Shown here in pieces: positions 28,277-36,524 of a DNA stretch of 64,000 bases; position 1 is the first letter of the stretch, and each line of letters begins with the position of its first letter. The stretch spans positions 22,485 to 86,484 of the forward strand of contig JBAXMW010000007.1 in assembly GCA_037134115.1 (NCBI GenBank), written 5' to 3'. The notes under the pieces were generated by a model, which was not told where the DNA came from, searched no databases, and saw nothing but the letters and a program-made list of their open reading frames with translations. The stretch comes from Gemmatimonadaceae bacterium. Its GTDB lineage: Bacteria > Gemmatimonadota > Gemmatimonadetes > Gemmatimonadales > Gemmatimonadaceae. Made by a program: the position numbers and the translations under genes.

Positions 28277-29941
28277 GTGAAGCTCCTGACCCGCTACGTC
28301 GTGCGTGAGCACGTCGGCCCGCTCCTGTTCGCGCTCAGCGCGCTGACCTCCCTGCTCATGCTGCAGTATGTGGCACGGCAGCTGGCCAATCTGGCCGGAA
28401 AGGGGCTGCCCTGGCGCGCGATCGTGCAGTTTTTCGTGCTCTCGTTGCCGTTCACGGTGGCGATGACGCTCCCAATGGCCGTGCTGGTCGCCACGTTGTA
28501 TGCCTTCGGGCGGATGGCGGCCGAACATGAGATCACCGCCTTCAAGGCCAGCGGGATCCGGGTGCGGACGCTCATGCTGCCCGTGATGGGGTGCGCGTTC
28601 CTGTTGTCGCTGGCGATGGTCGGGTTCAACGATCAGATCCTCGCCCGCGCCAATCATCGCCTGCGCATTCTCCAGCAGGATATCTCGCGCACGAAGCCCA
28701 CGCTCGCCTTGCGCGATCAGGTCCTCAACGCCCTCACGGAGCAGTTCTACATCCGCGTGGCTCGCAGCGATGCAGAGTCGAACCGGATGTGGGACGTCGT
28801 GATCTACGACCTGTCGAGGGGACCAGAACGCAAAACCGTCTACGCTGACAGTGGGCTGTTTCTCGTCGCCCCCAACGGAAAAGATCTGCAGCTGCGCCTG
28901 TTCCACGGCCATTCGCAGGCGTTTGTGAAGGGCGATCCGCGCCGGTTCCAGCGCGACTTCTTTCAGGAACAGACGGTGCAAGTCCGTGGCATCACGCAGG
29001 GCTTCGAAGCGTCGCGCGCCGATAACTACAAAGGCGACCGCGAAATGACCGTCTGCGAAATGCAGCGGAAATACGCCGTCTCCGCCCGGGAATACGCCCG
29101 CGCGCGGCAAGAGTACATCATGTACGCCAGCCGGGTCGTGGCGAAGGGCACGAAGACGATCACGGTCCCGCGTCCCCGTCCGCTCCGGGATGCGTTGGCC
29201 GACTTTTATTGCACCACGCTCCCGGGGATCTTCCTCCCGGCCTCCGCGCGGGCCGCGGCGGCGCCAACGACGCGTGGGCAAGACACGACCCGGGGCACGA
29301 CCGGCACGGTCCAACCAGCCGTTCCCCCGAAAAAAGACACCGGTGCCACGACCGGAGGTGCGGCCACGACGGGTGCCGTGACTGTCCCATCGGTGACCGT
29401 CCCGCCAGCCCCACCGGTCACGTCCACCACCGTGCCAGCAGCCCCACCGGTCGCCGCGCCCGTCCCGACGGTGGTCTCGCCATCCGCCGAGGAACAGCTG
29501 GAAGCGTCGCGTGGTGAACTGCTGGCCGCGACGGCTCGGCTGTCGGAAGCGCGCGATACGGTGGACGGGGTGGCCGTCGAAATCCAAAAGAAGTTCGCGC
29601 TCTCCTTCGCCTGCCTGGTCTTCGTCCTCTTTGGCCCGCCGATCGCGCTTCGATTCCCGCGGGGTGGTGTGGGCGTCACCTTGGGCGTGAGCATCGTCGT
29701 CTTCGGGCTCTATTACATCTGCCTCATGGGCGGCGAAGCCCTCGCGGATAAGGGGATGCTCCCCGCCTCCGTCGCGATGTGGATCGCGAACGTCATCTTC
29801 GCGCTGGCCGGTCTCATCCTGGTGTGGCGCGTTGAGAGCACCACGGACACCAGCCGTGGCGGCGGGCTCGCCGATTGGTGGGCCGCGCGGAAGGCCGCCA
29901 AAGCCGCGAAAGCCATCACGGCGTCGGCGGTGCGCTCGTGA
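28277..29941 (+). CDS. lptF: LptF/LptG family LPS-export permease (LptF-like) with a long Thr/Pro/Ala insertion
   Basis: GTG start 'KLLTRYVVRE'; 'LPMAVLVATLYAFGRMAAEHEITAFKASG'; 'EIQKKFALSFACLVF...GPP'. Confidence 0.85.
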   Translation: MKLLTRYVVREHVGPLLFALSALTSLLMLQYVARQLANLAGKGLPWRAIVQFFVLSLPFTVAMTLPMAVLVATLYAFGRMAAEHEITAFKASGIRVRTLMLPVMGCAFLLSLAMVGFNDQILARANHRLRILQQDISRTKPTLALRDQVLNALTEQFYIRVARSDAESNRMWDVVIYDLSRGPERKTVYADSGLFLVAPNGKDLQLRLFHGHSQAFVKGDPRRFQRDFFQEQTVQVRGITQGFEASRADNYKGDREMTVCEMQRKYAVSAREYARARQEYIMYASRVVAKGTKTITVPRPRPLRDALADFYCTTLPGIFLPASARAAAAPTTRGQDTTRGTTGTVQPAVPPKKDTGATTGGAATTGAVTVPSVTVPPAPPVTSTTVPAAPPVAAPVPTVVSPSAEEQLEASRGELLAATARLSEARDTVDGVAVEIQKKFALSFACLVFVLFGPPIALRFPRGGVGVTLGVSIVVFGLYYICLMGGEALADKGMLPASVAMWIANVIFALAGLILVWRVESTTDTSRGGGLADWWAARKAAKAAKAITASAVRS

Positions 29942-31044
29942 GCGCGAAGGCGCCGCGCGGCCGGGCCCGGTGGCTCAGTCCACTCGACTGGTATGTCGCG
30001 TCCGAGTTCCTCCGGATCTTTCTCGTGACCATCGCGGGCTTCCCCGTGCTGGTGTTCGTGATCGATCTCGTGGACAACCTACGGAAGTACACGGAGCGGA
30101 AGCTCACCTTTGAAGCGGTGGCGCTCAGCTACTTCTACTGGATTCCGGACACGCTCTTCATGGTGTTGCCGGCCGCCGTGCTCTTCGCGACCGTCTTTTC
30201 CATTGGCACGTTTACGCGATACGCCGAGATCACGGCCGCCAAGGCGTCGGGGATCAGCTTCTACCGTTTCATTGCGCCGATCCTGATGATGGCGATCTTC
30301 GCCATGGGGCTGGGGCTCGTGTTCAGTGAAGTCGCCCCGCCAGCCAATGCCAAGCGGCTCCGTCTGCTCGCGGGCAAAGGCACCGTGCGGGAAACGATGC
30401 GCTACAACTTTGCCGTCGCCACCGATCTGGGCCGCTCCTATCGCATTTACACCCTCGATGTCGACAAGCGACGGCTGCAAAAGATCGAAGTCGAGGAGCG
30501 GGGCTCCACCAAGCGCCCAGGGCTGATCATCGCGGCCGACAGCGGCGACTGGACCGCGCGTCGCGGCTGGCGCCTCCAGAGCGCCCAGCTGCATGTCGTC
30601 CCCAACGACTCGATCGATCATGCGTTCGGCTTTGATTCGCTGATCGACCGGCGTCTCAAGGAAACGCCGCAGGATCTGAGTGCGCGGGACCGCGAACCCA
30701 GTGAGATGCGCTTCGGCGAGCTGACGCGCTTCATTCGGGCGCTGGAGCGCTCCGGGGCTGATGTCAATCAGCTCAAGGTGGAACGCATGCTGAAGCTGGC
30801 GATTCCGGTCACCTGCGTGATCATCGCACTCTTTGGTGCCCCGCTGGCCACCAGCTCCCAGCGTGGTGGGGCCGCCTATGGGATCGCGATCAGCCTCGCG
30901 ACGACGGTATTGTTCCTCGTGCTGATTCAACTCACGAAAGCGATCGGCGGCAAAGGGCTGATGCCGGCGGAACCCGCGGCCTGGCTCCCCAATGTGTTGG
31001 TGGGGTGCGTGGCACTCATCCTCCTTCGCCGCGTGCGTACCTGA
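29938..31044 (+). CDS. lptG: LptF/LptG family permease (LptG-like)
   Basis: 'LDWYVASEF', 'LPAAVLFAT...EITAAKASGIS', 'KLAIPVTCVIIALFGAPL', 'AAWLPN'. GTGA overlap with lptF. Confidence 0.88.
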   Translation: MSAKAPRGRARWLSPLDWYVASEFLRIFLVTIAGFPVLVFVIDLVDNLRKYTERKLTFEAVALSYFYWIPDTLFMVLPAAVLFATVFSIGTFTRYAEITAAKASGISFYRFIAPILMMAIFAMGLGLVFSEVAPPANAKRLRLLAGKGTVRETMRYNFAVATDLGRSYRIYTLDVDKRRLQKIEVEERGSTKRPGLIIAADSGDWTARRGWRLQSAQLHVVPNDSIDHAFGFDSLIDRRLKETPQDLSARDREPSEMRFGELTRFIRALERSGADVNQLKVERMLKLAIPVTCVIIALFGAPLATSSQRGGAAYGIAISLATTVLFLVLIQLTKAIGGKGLMPAEPAAWLPNVLVGCVALILLRRVRT

Positions 31045-31835
31045 TGCCCGCCGCCCAGTTGGTCCGGCTCGGCCGGCACCGCATTGAAGCTATCCTCACG
31101 GCCATTGGCCGTCGGGTGTACTTCGCGCGGGATATCCTGCGCGGCCTGCGCGATCCGGAGACCTGGATCCCGGAAACGATCCGCCAGATGAAGATCATTG
31201 GCGTCGAGTCGGTGCCGCTCGCCGTGATCGTCGCCGCCTTTCTCGGTGGCGTGACGGCGTTCCAGACGCGCTATCAGCTCTTCCCCGGCATTCAGCTCTC
31301 CGTGGTGGGGTTCATCGCCCGGCAGAGCATCGTGCTGGAACTGGGCCCCTTGCTGACGGCGCTGGTGCTGGCCGGCCGGGTGGGCGCACGCATGACCGCC
31401 GAAATCGGCACCATGCGGGTGACCGAACAGATCGATGCGCTGGAAACGCTCGCCTTCGACCCCGTGGCCTTCCTGGCCCTCCCGCGTCTGATTGCGGGGA
31501 TCATCATGGTCCCGGCGCTCACGCTGATCGCCAATGTGGTGGCGATCGGTTGCGCCTTCCTGACGTTGGTGATGGCGACGGATGTCCGGGTGGCCGACTT
31601 CATGGACGGCATGCGGCTCGCCTTCAACGAATTCCAGGTGGTCTACTCGCTGATCAAGGCCGTCTCCTTTGGCGCCGCGATCGCCTTTGTCTGCTCGTAC
31701 GAAGGGTATGTGACGGAATCGGGTGCCGAGGGGGTGGGACGCTCAACGGCCCTCGCGGTGGTCATCGCGTCGGTCTCGATCTTGGTGCTCGACGCCGTCG
31801 TGGCCGCCATCTTCGCGCCATTTATTCAGACTTGA
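31044..31835 (+). CDS. mlaE: MlaE-family ABC permease
   Basis: 'LELGPLLTALVLAGRVGARMTAEIGTMRVTEQIDAL', 'GAEGVGRST'. Confidence 0.92.
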   Translation: MPAAQLVRLGRHRIEAILTAIGRRVYFARDILRGLRDPETWIPETIRQMKIIGVESVPLAVIVAAFLGGVTAFQTRYQLFPGIQLSVVGFIARQSIVLELGPLLTALVLAGRVGARMTAEIGTMRVTEQIDALETLAFDPVAFLALPRLIAGIIMVPALTLIANVVAIGCAFLTLVMATDVRVADFMDGMRLAFNEFQVVYSLIKAVSFGAAIAFVCSYEGYVTESGAEGVGRSTALAVVIASVSILVLDAVVAAIFAPFIQT

Positions 31836-31872
31836 GCCAGGCACCCCGGGTGTCGGCCTGCTTTCCTGACCC

Positions 31873-32754
31873 ATGAAGAAACGTGACGAAGTGCTGGTGG
31901 GACTGGTGTTGCTCATTTCGGTGGTCTCCACGCTGGCGGGGACCATCTGGATTGTGCGCGGCGGACTCAAACGGACCTACCCCATGTACAGCCGTTTTCC
32001 CTGGGGCGTTGGTCTGAAGCAGGGGCAGCAAGTGCTCCTCGCCGGGGTGCAGATCGGCTTTGTCGAACAGGTCAGTCTGGACCCCAACGGCACCGTGCTG
32101 GTGCGGATGAAGATTCAGCAGCAGTACCGCATACCACAGGGTTCGACCGCCACCGTGGAAGCCAACGGCATCTTTGGCGATCAATTGATCGCGGTCCGTC
32201 CGGTCCTCGGCGTAAAGACGTATCTGGCCCCGGACGACTCGATCCCCGTTGGGAAGAACTCGCCAGGCACGGCCGAATTGCTCGGGAAAGGGGATTCGAT
32301 CGCGACGGACCTCCGCGCCATCACGGCATCGACGCGCCGGGAGCTGGTGGAAGGCGGCGGCATGCAGGATGTACGCCTCGCCGTCCGTGATTTGACGAAA
32401 TTGGTCGCGCAGCTGAGCGCGGTCACGGCCGAACAGTCGGCGCAGCTGACGCGTACGCAGGAGACGCTCCGTCGCGCGATCGCTTCCATCGATTCGGTCA
32501 AGGTCGACTCCACACTACGGAACATTCGGGCCACCTCGGCCTCGTTGGAAGCACTCTCCCGCGAGCTCAAGACCACCAACACGCAGGTCCAGGGCGTCCT
32601 GACGAAGGTCACCAGCGGGAACGGCACCGCGGCGAAGCTGCTCAATGATGGGAGCCTCTACACCCGACTCGACGGACTCATTGCGCGGGTGGATTCGCTG
32701 ACGGCGGACTTCAAGGCCAACCCGAAGAAGTACATCAACCTGAAGATCTTTTAA
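31873..32754 (+). CDS. mlaD: MlaD/MCE-domain protein with helical C-terminus
   Basis: N-terminal TM segment; 'GLKQGQQVLLAGVQIGFV'; 'GTAAKLLNDGSLY'; 'ANPKKYINLKIF'. Confidence 0.85.
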   Translation: MKKRDEVLVGLVLLISVVSTLAGTIWIVRGGLKRTYPMYSRFPWGVGLKQGQQVLLAGVQIGFVEQVSLDPNGTVLVRMKIQQQYRIPQGSTATVEANGIFGDQLIAVRPVLGVKTYLAPDDSIPVGKNSPGTAELLGKGDSIATDLRAITASTRRELVEGGGMQDVRLAVRDLTKLVAQLSAVTAEQSAQLTRTQETLRRAIASIDSVKVDSTLRNIRATSASLEALSRELKTTNTQVQGVLTKVTSGNGTAAKLLNDGSLYTRLDGLIARVDSLTADFKANPKKYINLKIF

Positions 32755-32814
32755 TACGGGCATCGGCTCCGACACCGGAACCAGTACGGGCGCTGGGACG
32801 ACAATTGACCGATA

Positions 32815-32861
32815 ACAGAAAACCGCGGCAGGGGATCACTCCCCCACCGCGGTTTTGCTGT
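32815..32861. terminator. Bidirectional intrinsic terminator between convergent mlaD and the TBDR gene
   Basis: ACAG-AAAACCGCGG-ca-GGGGA-tcac-TCCCC-ca-CCGCGGTTTT-g-CTGT. Confidence 0.8.
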
Positions 32862-32935
32862 ATCGACTCCTGGCGATCCTTCCCGAGCGTCCGTCCCCCA
32901 CGACCATTGCGGCCGTGGGGGTCAGAGCGACCCGA

Positions 32936-35900
32936 TTAGAAGCTGTAGCGCAGGGTAAGCTGCAGCTGGTAGTTGTTCGACGCCGAGTTCGGGTTCACCG
33001 AGAAGGGCGAGCCGGTGTTCAGCATCGCGTTCCGGATCGACGAGTTCAGCGTGAAGTTCGACAGCGACGTGTTCAGCGGGCCCGCCGTGCGGCCCGAGAG
33101 GTTGTACAGCTGCTGCTGCGGGAACGTCGACTGCACCGGATACTTCACCCGACCCCAGTTCTTGTTCATGAGGTTGAGGAAGTTGAAAACATCCAGCTGC
33201 ACCGTGAGGCGGTTGTTCTTGACGCCCGGGAGCGTCTGACGCACGGACACGTCCATGCGCTGCTGGAACGGACCGTAGCAGCTGTTGCGCTTCATGATCT
33301 GGCCGCGCTGCTTCTCGAGGCACGACTGGGACTTGATGAACTCGTCGAGCAGATTGGCTTCACCGTAGTTGTACTGCCAGGCGGTGCCGCTGCCGAGGCC
33401 GACGCGCACTTCGTTCGGATCCAGCGCGTTCTTCGGGATGTACACTGGGTCATTGCCCGCGAAGCCATCGCCGTTGAGGTCGGCATTCGCCGTGTACATG
33501 TACGGCACGCCGGAGATGCCTTCATAGTAGAAGGTCACGTCCGTCTGGTTTTCCTTCCAGGGCGCCGTGTAGGTGCCGTAGAAGAGCACGCGGTGCGGGC
33601 GCTCCCACACCGACGACGCGATGTCCGACGGATCGTTTTCGAGCCCGGCGTACTGCCGGCCGTTCCGCCAGTTGGAGATCGCGCGATCCGACGTCAGCGA
33701 CTGCACGTCCTTCGACTGCGTGTACGTGTACGCCGCCGTCGCCTGGAAGGCGCGGCTGAAGCGCTTCTTCAGCTGGCCGCTCAGCGTGTAGTTGTAGCCG
33801 GCCTTCGAGTTCGTCACCATGATCGCGCCTTCGGTGAAGTTCACCAACGGCGTACCAACCGACGTGATGTACTTCTGGCCGGCGTTGGTCACGGCGCCCG
33901 TGCTGCTGATCGTATCGGCGTACAGGATACGGCCGTTGACGTCCGTGTACGGGACGCCATTCACCACGCGCGGGCCCTTGAGGTTCAGGTCGCGGATGTA
34001 GAGCCCCTGGATGTCCTTGCGGTACATCGCTTCAAAGGTCGCCACGAGCCCCCACGGCAGCTTCTGGTCCATGCCGAACGACATGGTGAGGTTCTGCGGG
34101 TACTTGAAGTCCGGGTCGGTCACGTTGACACCGACGGTGCCGGCAGCGCCCGGCGTCGGCGCAGCCAGGCCGGCGCACGACTTCGGCAGCGCGTTGATAT
34201 CCGTCGTGAACCCGGGCGTCGCCGTGCCGGTGCACTGCACCGTTACGCCACCGAGGCCCGTGTTGCCGTAGGCGTTACCGATCAGGATGAACGGCGTGCG
34301 GGCGGTGTAGAGGCCGATGTTGCCGCGCACCTGCGTCGACTGATTGCCGTTCACGTCCCAGTTAAAGCCGATACGCGGCGAGAAGAGCCACGTGGCCTTG
34401 GGCGCCCAGTCGGTCCGGATGTTGGCCGCCTTCTCCGTGATCAACGGATTCTGCTTCGGCGCATCGGCGAACTCCGGGCGATCGACGCGCACACCGGCGG
34501 TGATCGAGAAGTTGCGCGACACGTTCCACAGATCCTGCGCATACGCCGACAGCTGCGACGCGTTGAACTCGGCCGCGATCGGGCCGCTGTTCGCGTACGA
34601 GAACGCGTAGCTCGACGGCGTCCCGGCGTTCAGCGCGGCGATGTTCGGGAAGTAGTACGCCCCGTACGCCGCGCCGCTGAGGAAGTAGTTGTAGATGTAC
34701 ATCTTCTCGAACCGGCCACCCACCGTCACGTTGTGCGCGCCGAGCGGGATGGAGAGGTTGTCCGAGATTTCGAGGATCCGCTGCTTCAGGTCATTGTTCG
34801 GCGAGAAGCGCTCGGAGCCCACCGTCACGGCCACGCCCTGCACGGCCAGCGAGATTTCCGGGGCCGTGACCGGCACGATCCGGTAGTCGCGGATCGTGTT
34901 GTAGCCCACGAGCAATTCGTTCGCCGCGCCGTTGTTGAAGTTCGTGAACAGCTGCGAAACGATCGAGCGGTTCTGATTGCGACGCGTGAACGAGTTGGAG
35001 GTCAGGCGGATGCCCGAGCTCTGGTTGCTCGCGCCGTTCGCATTCAGCGCCGTCGTGTTGCGCGAGAACTCCACCTGCTCGGCGGTGTTGTCGAGGACAC
35101 GGATGGCGAAGCGGTTTGCGTCGTTGATGCTCCAGTCGAGGCGGCCGAAGAGGTTCGTCAGCGGATTGCCGCGCCGGAGGGCGTCTTCGGTGCCCACATC
35201 AAACTTGCTGCCGAGGATGCTGCGGATCGCCGCAATGGAGTCGCGCGACACGCCGCCGATCGAGTTCGTGATCGTGTTGATCACGGGGCCCGAGGTCGGG
35301 TCCGTGCGCTGCTGGAATTCCGGGGCGATGAAGAAGTGCAGCTTGTCCTTGATGATCGGGCCACCGAGGGTAAAGCCGATGTTGTTGTACTTGAAGTCGC
35401 TGGCGCGGATCTGGTCCACGTTGGCGGCCATGCGCGGATTCCGGTACGTGTTCGTCACGCCACCGGTCCACGTGTTGGTGCCGTTCCGCGTGACCGCGTT
35501 CACGAGCATGCCGCCGAAGTTGCCGTAGCGGACGTCGGTCGGGCTCATGAGGACCTGGAATTCCTTGACGGCGTCGACCGACAACAGGCGGCCGCCCGTC
35601 GCGCCACCGGGCTGTCCGCCCGAGGAGCCGAGGTTGAACAGGTCGTTCTGGTTGGCACCGTCGACGGTGAAGTTGTTCAGACGGTTGTAGGCGCCACCGG
35701 CGCTCGCGCCGCTCGTGCCGTCCTTCGACACCTGCGGCGTCAGCTTCACCATTTCCGTGAAGTCACGCTGCAGCGTCGGAACGCGACGGATGATCGTGTC
35801 CGTGACGATCGTCGCCACACCCTGACGGGTCGGCGAGAACTCCGCCGCGGCGGCCGCCGCCGTCACCGCGACCGCCTGCAGCTGCGTGGCCGCTTCGGTC

Positions 35901-36238
35901 ATGGTGAAGTTGATCGGCGTCGTCAGGTTGAGCTGCACCAGGACGGACGGCTTGGTCTGCGGCGCGTAGCCAATCAGCTTCGCCGTCACGCGATAGGTGC
36001 CGACTTCGAGGCCCTGCACGAAGTAGCGGCCATTGCTCCGCGTGATCACGCCCGCCCGGTACCCGGTCGAGACGTTCACAATTTCGATCTGGGCGTTTTC
36101 GATGGGCGCGCCACCGGTCTTCGTGACCGTGCCGCCAATGGCGCCGGTGGTGAGGCCCTGAGCCGCCGCCTGGCTGGACACCCCGAACGTCAGGGCCAGC
36201 AGAGTGGCAGCGAGGCCGAGCCAACGCTGAATGCGCAT
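32936..36238 (-). CDS. Oar-like TonB-dependent receptor (carboxypeptidase-regulatory-like N-domain), copy 1
   Basis: Signal peptide; 'GRYFVQGLEVGTY.V'; plug 'NNFTVDGANQNDLF', 'EFQVLMSPTDVRYGNFGGMLVNAVTRNGTN'; 'FSPRIGFNWD'; C-terminus 'QLTLRYSF'. Confidence 0.9.
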   Translation of the reverse strand: MRIQRWLGLAATLLALTFGVSSQAAAQGLTTGAIGGTVTKTGGAPIENAQIEIVNVSTGYRAGVITRSNGRYFVQGLEVGTYRVTAKLIGYAPQTKPSVLVQLNLTTPINFTMTEAATQLQAVAVTAAAAAAEFSPTRQGVATIVTDTIIRRVPTLQRDFTEMVKLTPQVSKDGTSGASAGGAYNRLNNFTVDGANQNDLFNLGSSGGQPGGATGGRLLSVDAVKEFQVLMSPTDVRYGNFGGMLVNAVTRNGTNTWTGGVTNTYRNPRMAANVDQIRASDFKYNNIGFTLGGPIIKDKLHFFIAPEFQQRTDPTSGPVINTITNSIGGVSRDSIAAIRSILGSKFDVGTEDALRRGNPLTNLFGRLDWSINDANRFAIRVLDNTAEQVEFSRNTTALNANGASNQSSGIRLTSNSFTRRNQNRSIVSQLFTNFNNGAANELLVGYNTIRDYRIVPVTAPEISLAVQGVAVTVGSERFSPNNDLKQRILEISDNLSIPLGAHNVTVGGRFEKMYIYNYFLSGAAYGAYYFPNIAALNAGTPSSYAFSYANSGPIAAEFNASQLSAYAQDLWNVSRNFSITAGVRVDRPEFADAPKQNPLITEKAANIRTDWAPKATWLFSPRIGFNWDVNGNQSTQVRGNIGLYTARTPFILIGNAYGNTGLGGVTVQCTGTATPGFTTDINALPKSCAGLAAPTPGAAGTVGVNVTDPDFKYPQNLTMSFGMDQKLPWGLVATFEAMYRKDIQGLYIRDLNLKGPRVVNGVPYTDVNGRILYADTISSTGAVTNAGQKYITSVGTPLVNFTEGAIMVTNSKAGYNYTLSGQLKKRFSRAFQATAAYTYTQSKDVQSLTSDRAISNWRNGRQYAGLENDPSDIASSVWERPHRVLFYGTYTAPWKENQTDVTFYYEGISGVPYMYTANADLNGDGFAGNDPVYIPKNALDPNEVRVGLGSGTAWQYNYGEANLLDEFIKSQSCLEKQRGQIMKRNSCYGPFQQRMDVSVRQTLPGVKNNRLTVQLDVFNFLNLMNKNWGRVKYPVQSTFPQQQLYNLSGRTAGPLNTSLSNFTLNSSIRNAMLNTGSPFSVNPNSASNNYQLQLTLRYSF

Positions 36239-36316
36239 GAGAAAATGGGTCAGTGTGGAGGAGAATACGCTGACGACCCTGGACCGATTACGGACCTGTG
36301 GGGTTGTCAGCCCTTC

Positions 36317-36345
36317 AAAATAGACTGGACCCGTACCGGTTTCAA
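36317..36345 (-). promoter_or_regulatory. Sigma70-like promoter for TBDR copy 1
   Basis: Minus strand TTGAAA-17 nt-TATTTT inside a locally AT-rich patch; palindromes GAATATTC (36346-36353) and CTTAG-aa-CTAAG (36354-36365) lie just upstream. Confidence 0.6.
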
Positions 36346-36441
36346 GAATATTCCTTAGAACTAAGAGACTTTGTGCGATTTATTCGCCCGCAATGGGCCC
36401 CGATGGTGGGCGGGAGGAATGCCGTGGCCCCCTAACGCACC

Positions 36442-36476
36442 GTGGGGGTGGAGCCGTAGCAGGCCCCACCCCCACC
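36442..36476 (-). terminator. GC hairpin downstream of TBDR copy 2
   Basis: GTGGGGGTGGAGCC-gtagca-GGCCCCACCCCCAC. Confidence 0.55.
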
Positions 36477-36524
36477 GTCCGACATGCCCTGTCAGGATTC
36501 ACCGCCCCGATGGGCAGACATCCT

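Noticed and set aside
32855-36358. 1167-aa + strand ORF (and similar long ORFs 8..748, 1054..3336, 37563..39554, 49426..51336, 53673..55610)
   Set aside because: These are antisense shadows of well-supported genes. High GC3 codon bias suppresses stops on the opposite strand, and the translations are Arg/Gly/His-rich with no motifs.
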